64,000 nt of DNA. It comes from Octopus sinensis. Taxonomy: Eukaryota. Each line of letters begins with the position of its first letter. Position 1 is the first letter of the stretch. Where the stretch lies: the NCBI RefSeq assembly GCF_006345805.1, contig NC_043002.1:120342001-120406000 (forward strand). Direction: 5' to 3'. Below the pieces are notes generated by a model. The model made no database searches and was not told where the DNA came from. It saw only the letters and a program-made list of their open reading frames with translations. Positions 12,540 through 25,394 of the stretch are shown here, piece by piece. The position numbers and the translations under genes are program-made.

Positions 12540-14070
12540 AACACAAGGCCTCAATCAACCAGCAAGCGCTAAGGAGAGTAAGGTTTTATTTCAAACAGGC
12601 CACATCCGCCAGGTATAAGAGGCGATTAATACGGTCACCAGCTCAAGTCGAGTGACACAGCATCACCGAAAATCATAGCAGGCGAGATCATCCCCGACAA
12701 AGGCAAACATATGAAAAGTTGAGTGACGTACTACTCCTGCTCTTTTTCAGGGAAGACGATATTCCCCTCAACGCGTTAGATTCAGTGGAACGCTTTCCTG
12801 CCATGGAAAAATATGATCCATTGCCGATTATCGAAGAGCTCAGAAAAGTTATTGATATTTTTTCCACTGGCAAAATCCTAGGATGCAATGGCATTCCACC
12901 ATTTATACAAAGAATTTCCTGTTAAGTCACTTGTAAAAAGTACTGCATCTGTACAAGAAAGAAGAACCAGTACAATAATAGAGCTAAAACTGAACATTGT
13001 CACTCTATAACAAGTCCATCACTTTGCTGAACATAGTTGAGAAAATCTTAAGTGTATAGTTCTGAACAAACAATTGCCAGAAAGCTATATCTCGTGCTTC
13101 AGTGTGGTTTCAGATCAGAAAGGTCTACCACTAATATTGTTTCTCGATAACTATAAGAAAGGCAGAAAATAAAGACAACCATTTCGTTGTTTTCGCAAAG
13201 GCATTCAATCTTGTGAGGTGAGAAGATTTTTTCAAAAAATCCTCGCGAGGAATGGTTGTTCTCCGAGGCATAAAGGTGCCGTGCAATTTGATAGCTCTTC
13301 TTCATGTGCCTACAGTTTTCAAATATGGTTGTATCCTTGCCCCTACTCATGTAGGTGTCTTCGCGGTCACACTCAAGCGGACTTTAGAACACCAAGTGAT
13401 GATATCTATCTTCACACCCCATAGGACAAGGAGACTGCTGTGAAGGCAATCTGCAGTTGCTAAGCTGGAGGAGAAAAAAGTACATTAGTTACACATCCAA
13501 TACATATTGTTTGCAAACAGTATGACACTCGTAACACACACTGAGGACAAATGGATCGTTTTATGAACATTAGACAGAAGAAAATAAAATGATTTGATTA
13601 CTACAATGAGCATAATACCCCTCCTCCCATTTAGCCAGTATTGTCGATAATTACAACCTAAACGTAATCGCTGGATTCACAGATCTTAGCTCTTTCCCCA
13701 ATGGTAAACTCTGCCTATAGTATGAGAAAAGAAGAAATGGGTTAACAGAGTAGCCTCAGTACTTATCAGGCTGACAGAAAGAGCATAATGATTTCTTGAT
13801 AATAGCGAGCTAACGATGAACACCAGGGTTGTAAGTTACTGAAACTCAGCACATTTCTTAACAGTAGTGCCACATGTAGACTGATAACTCGGCAAGGAGT
13901 TTAGAAGATAAAAGTAGAGATTTGCTGCTGTAGGGCAATCTTGGCAGAGGCGACCTTCCAACGCCTTCTCTGTAGCTGGAACTATCACTACTGTATGGAC
14001 ATTTACAGCTAAAGCAAGATTTACCTGAGAGATTCAATGATCTCGAGAGTCTAGCAGATGACACACGTAT
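12540..14070 (+). mobile_element. RTE-BovB-like LINE fragment (decayed)
   Basis: Pieces EELRKVIDIFSTGKILGCNGIPP, FRSERST, FQKILARNGCS, KYGCILAPT and KQDL..LESLADD follow the RTE ORF order, with many disruptions. Confidence 0.75.
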
Positions 14071-14989
14071 ATAAATATAAATGTATGTCATTATTGATAA
14101 ACATACAAAAATAAGTCCCCCTGCGAAAAGTCAACAAAATGATTATTAGACAAGACTCATTTATATCTCCATGAATATGAAAATGGTTTAAGGATGCGAC
14201 TAATTTTTAGTCCTCTTAGGCCTTTATCAGAGATTAATTCATTAATTAATCAATCAATCAATCAATCAATTAATTAGCTACATCGTCAGTGCATGTACAT
14301 TTATGCCAGTGTGACAATTCAGTTCAGCTGTTCAAGTTAGCATGCTATACAAATAAATTGAAGCAAAGTGGACCAAAGAGAGTAATCCTTCTTTGGTAAT
14401 ACTATTAACAAGCCAGATTGATTCCCGCTTCACTGAGCGTGGAGAAATAAACAGAAACAACCTTGTGATGTAATCAGTTTGTTTATGCAGCGAGATTAAG
14501 TGTGTGTTTTATGAAGAGAACTACACTGTGTATCTCATTTCACAACAAATTATATAAAAACACTGGTATGCATATTTGACTATACGTGTATGTGTGTGCG
14601 TATGTGTGTCTATATTTGTACATTGTATTATGTCCGTTTATGAATGTCTGAAAGCGGAACAATCTGTGCATGTATTTGAGAAAGTGAGTTTGAGTGTGTG
14701 TGCATGCGTGCGTCAATGAGTGTGTTTACTTAGTTAATCTAAAATATTTGGAATTAAATTTTTTCTAAATTATTGTTGAGTGATTCTAAGTATTTACTCC
14801 AGCGTTTTGTTTATTAGGATTAGTATGTAGTAAGTCTCATAAGTTATTCAGTAAAAATAAAACAGTTGAGAAATTGATTTATCTGCTACCAATAAAATAT
14901 TGCCAAGATAATTGGGTAAATATTAGAAAATTACTCTCACGGAAAATATTTAGTGAAAAACATATAATAATCTAGACTTCAATGTGTAT

Positions 14990-15135
14990 ACATTCATACA
15001 TGCATACATACAGACATACATACATGCATAAATACATACATACATATATACATACATGCATACATACATACATACATACATACATACATACATACATACA
15101 TACATACATACATACATACATACATACATACATAC
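14990..15135. repeat. (CATA)n microsatellite
   Basis: Read directly. Confidence 0.95.
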
Positions 15136-15911
15136 GCGCATATGTATATGTGTGAGTATTTCATATTTGAATGAAATAATTATTTAATGTACAGCCAAAG
15201 AAATATACATCGATATGTGTGTACGTATGTGTCGAATAAAATCATACATGTAATAAGAGATATGTGAATTTTGTGTGTTTAAGTTTATCTAGAAGTTGTT
15301 TATATATGTCTGCGCGCGACTATTTCTAGGAAGAAGTGTGGTACATGTTTACGTATATATGTGTGGTAAGTGTATACGAGTATATGTGTGTTTGTGTATG
15401 TAGCTTACTGTGGTATGTGTGTGTGTGTTACTATGTTATGTATCCTTGGTGCTGTGTATATGTTTGATATTCGAATTATGTATATGTAATATTAGCTGTG
15501 TACGAGTGTGTGCTTGACTAACATCTATGTAAATAACATATTGCCTTATTTCAAACATATCGCTTAATGTGTTTCGGGGTATTGTTCTGTCCTACATATT
15601 GAAGAATTGGTTTTATACACAGAATACGATTTTCTTTAGGATATAAATATTTAATTTCAGATGTTATTACTTGGAATGATTTCTTGCTTATTTTTGTTCT
15701 GAGGTTATGTATTTGCGCTTTTGTCTGCGGAGAGGCCTCAATTAACTGAACCGTATCATTGCAAATTTAAGTCTTGCCCTTCCTTCTCAGTCTTTCCGGA
15801 GAAATTGAGTTGCATACCATCTTAGTTCACAAACCAATGTGTAGACCTCATTCATTAGTAATACAGAGTTTAATTGTTAACGAAATTATCAATTGCTGAG
15901 ATATGTTAGTG

Positions 15912-16298
15912 GATGGAAGCACTCCGTCGGTTACGACGACGAGGGTTCCGGTTGATCCGAATCAACGGAACAGCCTGCTCGTGAAATTAACGTGTAAGTG
16001 GCTGAGTACTCCACAGACACGTGTACCCTTAACGTAGTTCTCGGGGATATTCAGCGTGACACAGAGAGTGACAAGGTCGGCCCTTTGAAATACAGGTACA
16101 ACAGAAACAGGAAGTAAGAGTGAGAGAAAGTTGTGGTGAAAGAGTACAGCAGCGATCACCACCATCCCCTGCCGGAGCCTCGTGGAGCTTAAGGTGTTTT
16201 CGCTCAATAAACACTCACGACGCCTGGTCTGGGAATCGAAACCGCGATCCTATGACCGCGAGTCCGCTGCCCTAACCACTGGGCCATTGCGCCTCCAC
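15912..16298 (-). mobile_element. SINE family C with 11-bp TSD
   Basis: Near-identical to the 10041 copy; ATATGTTAGTG at 15901-15911 and 16301-16311. Confidence 0.92.
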
Positions 16299-17486
16299 TA
16301 ATATGTTAGTGAACTCAAGGGATCAAAGGTATCGAGAATGGATGTTAATTATTTATAAAAGTCAAGCTACCGATTGTGTTATACAATGTTAAAGCATTGA
16401 TTGATTTTGCCCTTATGTGTGTGCGTAATTTTAGGGGTTCAGTTATATGCTTAAGTAACTGATTCTATCTAAAGGGAATTCTTTGTCGACCACTTTAAGA
16501 AAATATTCCCACCATCATATCTAAGGTAATGCTTTAGAAAGTATCAAATATAAATTGGTCATTAAAATAGTAAACTTTTATGCAGAAAGTATGTTCCAAC
16601 TATCACAACAAGTGCCCTGTTTCTTGGGCGTAAGCCTGAAATAAGCAATGAAGTGATTAGCATTCTAAATTCAATAGTTTTTTCCAAGCTATCTATAATG
16701 TTGGCACGTTTCCCAAATAAATTCTGATTATTAGTGAAAAATTGCAACAGAAAATAGCACTAAAAAGTATAAAATAATATCAAATATGAATTATCACTGA
16801 ATTAAAATAACTATCTTTATAATAACAAATTCAACGTGAATGAATATATAGCTGCAAGCTTCAATTATATTCTTATATGGATTTTTTAATAAATTCAGAC
16901 TATATGCGTGTACAGTGATGTGTGTGCGTCTGTGTGTGTGCGTGTATGCGTGTGTGTGTGGGGGTGTGTGTCTTGTTTTGTATTTTAGTCCAGAAAGTAC
17001 AAGCTGTACCCATAATATTAGCCGAATAGTAAAATTAATGCGGTTGGCTTTTAGTCTGAGTTCTGCAGCTTGCTAAATCTTGTAGGGAAAATGTAGGAAA
17101 GAAGTTCCAGAGTATTACTCTGATATGAGTAAGGTCTTGATTAAATCATTGTCTAATGTAAAGTTTAAGGATAAGCTATATTACGGTGGCCGACTAGAAT
17201 GTATATATATCAAATATGTTTGGGCAGGTTTGATACACAGTTTGCGAGATCAGAGGAATAATACGAAAACGACATACATCTTGCTTCGAACAAATTACTC
17301 ATGTCATACATCTAGCGAATGGTTTGTGCGAATATTGTACTTCTCTACATTCTGATTTTTATACTTAGAATATATGCTTTATGCAACTTCCATGTGTCAA
17401 CTTTATGTCAGGAACAACGGCTTTCAGTTACTCTTGTTCGAAATATCTCTTTTCCATTGCATTAATTATATATGATATCTTTCTCT

Positions 17487-17608
<122 letters not shown>

Positions 17609-17892
17609 AGAAGTCTTAAAACCAACAATTATTCAAATATCTTTTCCCCTGCACTGTCACTATTTCAATTCGTTTCCCTAAAATCTTTATTAACGTTGGA
17701 TTCTATTTCCTTCGGCATTTACATTTCTGTTGCAGTAACACTGTAAGCGGAGAATAAATTCCTTCACACAGTAACTATAATAGTTAATGTCCTTCCGTAA
17801 TCATATCCTCAACCAACACAATCTCCAAAATCTTTGACTTCTTTCTCATTAAAGAAGAAACTACATTTTCCCTTGTTAACCGAGGCAATTCC

Positions 17893-17951
<59 letters not shown>

Positions 17952-17969
17952 TTATGATGTATGCATGTA

Positions 17970-18445
17970 TATATGTATGCCGGGTCACTTCTGAGGCTCT
18001 CATAAGTGCTACTGGTAACAGAATCTAGTACAACCTGTTGCATGGTCGGGTTGTCGGCGACTAAACCGGCAACCCCACTAGGCTACCCTACTGAGGAAGC
18101 TGGCTAGAAACCCAACAGGTTTAAAAACAAGACCTGTTGAAGGGTCGGATGAACCTAGTGCAGGCTCAACGGATATCTAGCAATAGCACGGGCACGCAAA
18201 AATTCCGTGATGGTGTCCGGCGTGCTAGAAGACCCCTGGGAGTGAGGCATCCCTAAGCTTCTGTTGAAACATGTCTCGAGGAGAAGGTCACTCTGATATA
18301 AAACCAGATAGGCTGAGAATGGCATTGAACATTTCGGAGTCTTTGGCTTGTGCTAGATATCATGACGCTCTCACCTCCCTGAGCTTGGAACTAATATTGA
18401 CACCGGTGTGCCCACGATTGAGTCAGCTCGCCTTACTACTACTAC
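17970..18445 (+). mobile_element. Short structured non-coding retroelement (probably RTE-derived) with (ACT/AAT)n tail
   Basis: A GC-rich island after (TA)n with several hairpins, the motif GGAGAAGGTCACTCTGATATAAAACC resembling RTE 5' UTRs (from memory) and a trinucleotide tail. Confidence 0.5.
17995..18160 (+). ncRNA. Degenerate HDV-like ribozyme fold
   Basis: P2 CACTAGG(18076-82)/CCTAGTG(18154-60) is perfect; P3 CT(A)C/GAG around L3 CCTACT; GG at 18102-03 for P1.1; P4 CAACAGGT/ACCTGTTG is perfect; J4/2 ATGAA. P1 is only tentative. Confidence 0.55.
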
Positions 18446-18465
18446 TAATAATAATGATGACAATG

Positions 18466-19620
18466 CATCGGGTGAGAAAAATATTGGCTTCAAAGCTCAA
18501 TTTGAGAAACATAAGTTCGGCAATAAACTCGCGCATAGTCGCAGTTGTTCGGTATGGCTCTGGAATCCTGAAGTGAACGGGAGAGGAGCTAAACGAGATG
18601 GACAGGCAAAAAGCAAAATGATGCAAGGATCCCATCTCATGAAGAGAGCAATTGGAGGAAAGGGACTGATAAGTATGGAAGTCTCCATACCTATCGAACT
18701 TGAGAGCTTAATGCGATACCTATCCCGAAGTAAGGAAACCTTACTAGTGTCAGTTAAGAATGTGGGAGTATTGAGAGCAGAGAAAAAAGGGAAAACAAAG
18801 GAAGAAGTACAAAAAGGACATGAAGAAGCATTACGCAAGGGACTACATAATCAATTCCATGTAACCACAAAAGACGTTGCTAGAAAACATAGGTAGGATT
18901 GGCTGAAAAAAGATGCAGTGAATAAAAACTAAGAGCACTACACTGGCAGCGCAAGACCAAGCTTTGGCCATGAATTGGAGGATAAACCTTAGGAATGAGC
19001 AAGTGTCTCCGCTGTGCCGCATCTGTAATAGAGTGGGTGAAAACATTGTCCATATCACGAGAGAATACCCTAGACTTGCCCAAAACCATTACAAGTTGTG
19101 GCGAGACGATAAAGCAGCGAAAGTGCTACAATGGAAACTGCGAAAAATAGGGGCTAGAGAGAGAGGTAAGACATGGTATAAACACAAGCCGCAGAGAGTG
19201 GTGGGGTTGTAGACTTGCAAAATTTTCTGGGAATGCCCAACATAAACATATCAGGTACCAGAGCATAACATACCGGACCTAGTGGTGGTCGACATGATGC
19301 GCCCCATGTGCTATATAGTTGATGTAGCGTGCACCTTTGACTCACGAATGATAAATACAACCCTCTTAAGTAGGAAATAGCCTGACTATGGAAAGTGAAG
19401 GAAGTGAAGATAGTGATAACTTTTGTTCAGTCCTTGGGAGCGGTATCAGAAGGCATCAAGAGGAATATAAACGAAATCGGAATAGAGTACCCAGTGGAAC
19501 TGTTACAAAAGCTTTGCCTCTTTGGCACCGTCAGAGCAATCAGGAAAGTATTAGGTAGATGAAAACAAACCCGTTTAGTATGCAAAACTCCAGGAGTTCC
19601 AACAAAACCTTTGACGAAAG
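18466..19620 (+). mobile_element. R4/Dong-clade non-LTR retrotransposon, 5'-truncated and decayed
   Basis: RVRKILASKLN..AINSR..VRYG, GGKGLISME, GLHNQF, the zinc-knuckle relic SPLCRIC..ENIVHI, KWY-type HKPQRV, RLE PDLVVVD..DVA and the terminal LLQK..GTVRAIRKVL. (AAT)n follows. Confidence 0.85.
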
Positions 19621-19621
19621 A

Positions 19622-19716
<95 letters not shown>

Positions 19717-19752
19717 CAACAGCAACAACAACAATAATAATAGCAATAATAA
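19622..19752. repeat. (AAT)n/(AAC)n array
   Basis: Read directly. Confidence 0.95.
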
Positions 19753-19757
19753 TGAGG

Positions 19758-20025
19758 AGGAAAAACTCAATATGTGATATGTGAGGTATACAGAAAATAG
19801 AGAGGTTATGGAAAGTACGGGTAAAATGTATCTCAGTAGCTCATTGGGAGCTATCGCTAAAGATTTGAACAGATGGATAAAGATGGAGAAAGGATAACAG
19901 ATGGATAAAGACGTAAAACACAGTTTAGTACAACTCCAGAAACAGTGTTATTAGGGAAAACTAGGATACTAAGAAGGGTTCTTCGCATCTAAGGTTACTT
20001 GTTGTACTCTAATCTGTTGTGTATA
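19758..20025 (+). mobile_element. Second R4/Dong-like 3' terminal fragment
   Basis: KIERLWKVRVKC..LGAIAKDLNRW..LVQLQK..TRILRRVL, between two (AAT)n arrays. Confidence 0.7.
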
Positions 20026-20042
20026 TGATAATAACAATAATA

Positions 20043-20107
<65 letters not shown>

Positions 20108-20110
<3 letters not shown>

Positions 20111-20664
20111 GCCCTGATGCAGTACCAGGCAGTGGCTCTCATGGCTTCTGATCTTAACTGATTGGAAGTGTTATCATGTACATTGTTTTGTCTTGGTATA
20201 AAAGATGGGCTACAGCAAATATTCTGCTCAATACCACAGATTTGCTTGTCAGTTGTTTGACCTTCACCAGTTGAGCATGTCCCTTAGTGGCTGACGATAT
20301 GTGCATCTCTGATCACAAGCAGAAGTAGTGGGGGAGCATCATAGCCATGTGTTGAGAAGAATTGTTTGGGGTTTGAATAATTCACCTCTGGAAACATGGG
20401 TGTTTCGTTCAACGTCCTTAAATAACCCTTATTCAGGAACCTTTTGAGCAGGATGGGTTACTCAACCTGAAGAAAATTCTAACTGGCCCCCACCTGCAAG
20501 GTCATGTGCTGTTTATCTTGATATGAGATCACCATGTCGCGCACATATGGTTGTGATGCATGTGCCTGGTGTACCTTTATCAGACGGGTAGTCATGATGG
20601 GTATATTGGGCTTCGTATATTTTACCCCAGTGTCACTTTGATGGCATGAACTGCTCTCTCACTC
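20108..20664. mobile_element. ~555 bp non-coding dispersed element embedded in (AAT)n, copy 1
   Basis: Highly similar to 41266-41821; both ends abut AAT repeats; no long ORF. Confidence 0.8.
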
Positions 20665-20719
<55 letters not shown>

Positions 20720-21203
20720 TCTAACGGTTATATTGTGTAAGATTTGTGTACTGAGTTCACCAGCAGCTATTGATGACATGGTGTATTGAAATATTACAAT
20801 CATATAAAGAATGTGCTAAGCAAAAGGGTTTAAGCAATCTCAATTTCATGTGAAATAAACTGTTATTTTTTCTTTCTAATATAATCAAAGGATATTTTGT
20901 GACTGTCAGTAAAACATATTTAAAGTCTGTGGTTTCTTCCCCCTAAAACACTATTTCTGTGCAAGAAAGTTCCAAAGAAAATCTTAAACCACGAAAGCAA
21001 AACAGAAACCTAAACATGATTTGAGCTTTATTTATACTTTAAGCTGTGTTTGAGAGCTTTGTAACTAATTATAACGTTGATAAAGTGTATCTGGATCACT
21101 TCACGATGATGGATGGATTTTTATCTCAATGATTACTCCTGAGAGTATTAGAACTTAATAATTTGAACCATGGTTATATTCCGTTAGTTCTAAATGATAT
21201 GTG

Positions 21204-21259
<56 letters not shown>

Positions 21260-21356
21260 TGTGTGTGTGTGTATGTATGAATAGGGACATAGACAATGTT
21301 ACAATGCTGTGCTGTGTATACAGATAGACGCAGCACCAGGTAGTATTACACAAATG

Positions 21357-21582
21357 CGAGCTGGCAGAAACGTTAGCATGCCGGGCGAAATGCTTAGCCG
21401 TATTTCGTCTGCCGTTACGTTCTGAGTTCAAATTCCGCCGAGGTCGACTTTGCCTTTCATCCTTTCGGGGTCGATAAATTAAGTACCAGTTACGCACTGG
21501 GGTCGATGTAATCGACTTAATCCGTTCGTCTATCCTTCTTTGTCCCCTCTGTGTTTAGCCTCTTGTGGGTAGTAAAGAAATA
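21357..21582 (+). mobile_element. SINE family B with 15-bp TSD
   Basis: AGTATTACACAAATG at 21342-21356 and 21583-21597. Confidence 0.92.
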
Positions 21583-23221
21583 AGTATTACACAAATGGCC
21601 ATATAAAAACTAATTAGATCCCTGAAAAATATTGTAAAATGGATATTAATAGAAGCGTGCTTACCATTGTGAGTAACACTACACCGGTAACCGAATATGA
21701 ATTGCTAATCATTCAACGGGTAGCTATTACTCTATACCATTGTTCGAAACTCAAGTCTTACTGTGTTTCTCTGTTACTCAGTTTCGCATCATTGTTACAG
21801 TCGAGTTTTTCCCATTATAAACGGACTTTCGTACAACATCGATGATGTCTCATTTGCAAACATTACCTTGAAACATTACCATACATGCAAACATTACCAT
21901 ACATGTGTGCGGGAGTGTGTATACTATCTTGTGCACTTCTAAGAATTGCATACTAAGTAAAACATTTCCTACAAAGAGCTCTATATAGATTATTTTCCAT
22001 TTCCAAGTTTACTTCAATCAACTTGGTAAATCTAAATAAAATTACAGGTCAGTGAATAAGCACCGTAGTTTACGTCAATATTGATATTTATTCTTGACCA
22101 TATTGTTCATGCAAAGAACATTTGCGAAAAACACAGAAAATGCTGTAGAAGACTAAAATACTCGTGGAAGTAATAACGAGTATACAAAACTATGGCATGG
22201 CCAATCGAAGCAGATTTGTGAATAGATTACATTATAAGCGAGACATATGGCCTGCCTTCAACTAAATGAATGAAATCAAATGTTATGGGTGAATCATCAA
22301 AAATGTAAAGTATTGATTATACTGCTTGGTTGTGTTGCTAAAATATTCTTTAGATTTTCTTTTTCTCGATAGTTTTATACTCTGGAATGAAAAGTCATTT
22401 ATAAAACATTTACGATAATTATGTTCTATTTTGTCCTTTCACAGACCTCCAATTACAGGCTAAGTTTCTGAGAGAGTAACTAAATTCTGCACAACAAGTA
22501 ACAAACCATTTGTCAATTTTAGAATACTACCGTTGTTTACATGTTACATTAGGCCATTTAATATTTAGAATTTATAGACAAGGCTGAACTATTGATGGTT
22601 ACGCAGTGTCCGTTAGGAAGCAGTAACCTCTGACCTCTCTTGTTATTACCTAGTAGCCTAAACACTCAGCTATTAATACACTTTTAACATTTCAAAAGCC
22701 TCTTATACTGAGAGAATAATTGAATAGATATACGTCTATCAAGGTCACTTATCCGTTTTGTTTTTGTTTGTAGACTTAACTCTGTTTGGTTAAGTAGACT
22801 CACAGTTGGTCAAATCGCTAAAATGCTCGGTTATCTGTCTACAGACCAGTTGATCTCATCATATCACTAATGTCGATCAAAGAGTTATTTAACTCAATAA
22901 ATAAAGGAACAACAAGCGTTAGCAAATCTCTCATATTACTGAACATCCCCGCTGTATATATAACAAATGATTTTCCTGATAACAAGATTTTGGGCGCAGT
23001 ACAGCAGCCAAGAAAATCTGATATTCAACCTGAAAAATGTCACTTATGATTTTGGCGATTATTATCGCTAGAACTGGTTGGTTTTGACTTGAACCTCATG
23101 TAATTGCTGAGCTGTAACAATGTATTTCATTAGAAATATTTAACAGCAAAAACTGAATATTTCATTACAGTAAAAAAAAGATGTCACCACAACTTGTCCT
23201 GAAAAAGAAATACACACACGC

Positions 23222-23267
<46 letters not shown>

Positions 23268-23274
23268 TGTGTCG

Positions 23275-23745
23275 TGGTGGATTTTTACCAACATGTCTCG
23301 AGACTAGCCATGGGAACGGGAACGGGCCCCGATTATGCGAACCCGTTCGTTGGCTGCGTTGAGGCCCAAATATTCTCACAATTCGCTGGTACTACTCCCA
23401 ATCCATACAGTCGTCATATTGATGATTGTATCGTTGCGACCTCACTCTCCCGCGAACGATTAGACTCCTTCTTCCCTCTTGTCAGCATACTCCACTCCAC
23501 TCTCACAACTACTATCCACTATAAACAAACTGATTAACACTCCTACCTTAACTTCTCCCACCTTAACTTCTCCCACCCTACCCACACCAGGCTCTCCAAC
23601 CCCTACTCGCAAATCCTCCATCTGCTTAAGCTATGCAGTGATAACCATGACTCAACTCATGGCTTGCCACTTCATCCTTTGTGGATATCCCCTCACCACT
23701 ATCCACAGAGCCCTTGCCAGGGTACATACCGGAAACCGTGCCTCT

Positions 23746-23784
<39 letters not shown>

Positions 23785-24135
23785 CTTTCTCCCCGCACCC
23801 TACTTTTCCAACACCACCATCCTCACAGGCACCCTTCATCGTCCCTAACATATCACCGACTCCTTTACCTGCACATCTAGCAGTGTCATTTACTGCATCT
23901 CCTGCTCATTCTGCTCTTCTCTCACCATCGGGCAAACGGGACGTCGCTTGGCTGACCGGTTCACGGAGCACCTCCGAGACATCAGACACGACAACGACTC
24001 CCCGGCCTCGCGCTATTTCCGCTCTACCGGTCATTCACTATAACACCTGTCTGCGTTCGGAATTTTGGGTTTTCTGTGCACAGGGGCCATCCGGGCTCTC
24101 GTCTTTGTCGTAGACAGGTTTTAATCTACTCTTCG
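23275..24135 (+). mobile_element. Penelope-like element fragment (RT C-terminal part + GIY-YIG endonuclease)
   Basis: FYQH..AMGTGTGPDYANPFVG..YSRHIDDC (PLE RT motifs) and FTCTSSSVIYCISCSFCSSLTIGQTGRRLADRFTEHLRDI (GIY-YIG). Frameshifted and preceded by (TG)n. Confidence 0.9.
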
Positions 24136-24788
24136 CTCCTTTACGACACATGGGCTCAACTCCCCTCTTCTCTTCATCTGACACCTACTTCCTCTCTTCA
24201 CTCATACCCACCTTCTCTCTTCATTGAAACCGCCACACACACCCTACCCCACGTCTCCATCCCCACACCCCTACCTCAAACTACCCCACCCCACCCCACC
24301 CCACACCACACCATATCACACCATCCTACACCACTCCACACACGCTAGCATTGACCACTTCCCGACATCTACATCGCATTGCATTGTCAGTACACCCATA
24401 CACTATCATCCACACACCCACACGTTATAGATGCACACACTTACACACGCACAAATCCACACACGTTAAAGTCACTACCTCCTATCTACACACACATCCT
24501 CACATAGACACACACGTACGCACACTTTCGTCTTGGGATCACCAATATTTTATTATCTCCCCTTCTTTCAACCTCTTCTGTCAGACTATTTTCCAATCAA
24601 TCATCATGCTTGACCGCTAAATCCACAAGTTATTTTTTATTCTCTTTCTCTTATTTTCTCTTAATTTTGTCTATTGAAGAGCGTAGGCTCGACACGTAAA
24701 AGACTTTTTCACTTTCCCGAGCGTCAAGCAAATACACCTGCTTGTTCATACACCTGTCTTCGTCTTTTGTCTTTCTATGAATTTCAAC

Positions 24789-24825
<37 letters not shown>

Positions 24826-24939
24826 CATATACGAAACGCCATAACTTGCAGTGTTGGCCCTTAATTCTTTAGAAAATCTGCAGAGATACACTTAATAGTG
24901 ACACACATATATACATATATACATACATACAAACAAAGA

Positions 24940-24991
<52 letters not shown>

Positions 24992-25000
24992 TATATATAG

Positions 25001-25031
<31 letters not shown>

Positions 25032-25171
25032 CATATATAATTAAATTATATAATTGCATTATTAAACTGCTGCCTAATTTAATTATTAGTATACATATTA
25101 GCGATCGCTAACTCGTCCATAGATTTTCATGGATTATACATATGTATTGAGGGCGGAACCTGGCGAGTTGC

Positions 25172-25262
25172 ACCGACTACTGAAGAGGTTTCAGTATCAA
25201 AGCCGAAACCGCCGAAGGTATAGCAATATTACGATTGCCGATTTCGGCCGTTTATCTGTCAG
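25172..25262 (+). ncRNA. Type I hammerhead motif with long stem III (partly decayed)
   Basis: CTGAAGA-GGTTT cagtatca AAGCC-GAAA. Stem III CCGCCGAAG/TTTCGGCCG has one C-C mismatch; GTT cleavage triplet; stem I is partial. Confidence 0.6.
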
Positions 25263-25348
25263 TATGTATGTATAAAATCAGGTGTGTTGACTGCAGCATC
25301 AGAGCACTTTAGCTCTTATTTCTACCATTATCGGTGTCAATTTTAATG

Positions 25349-25394
<46 letters not shown>

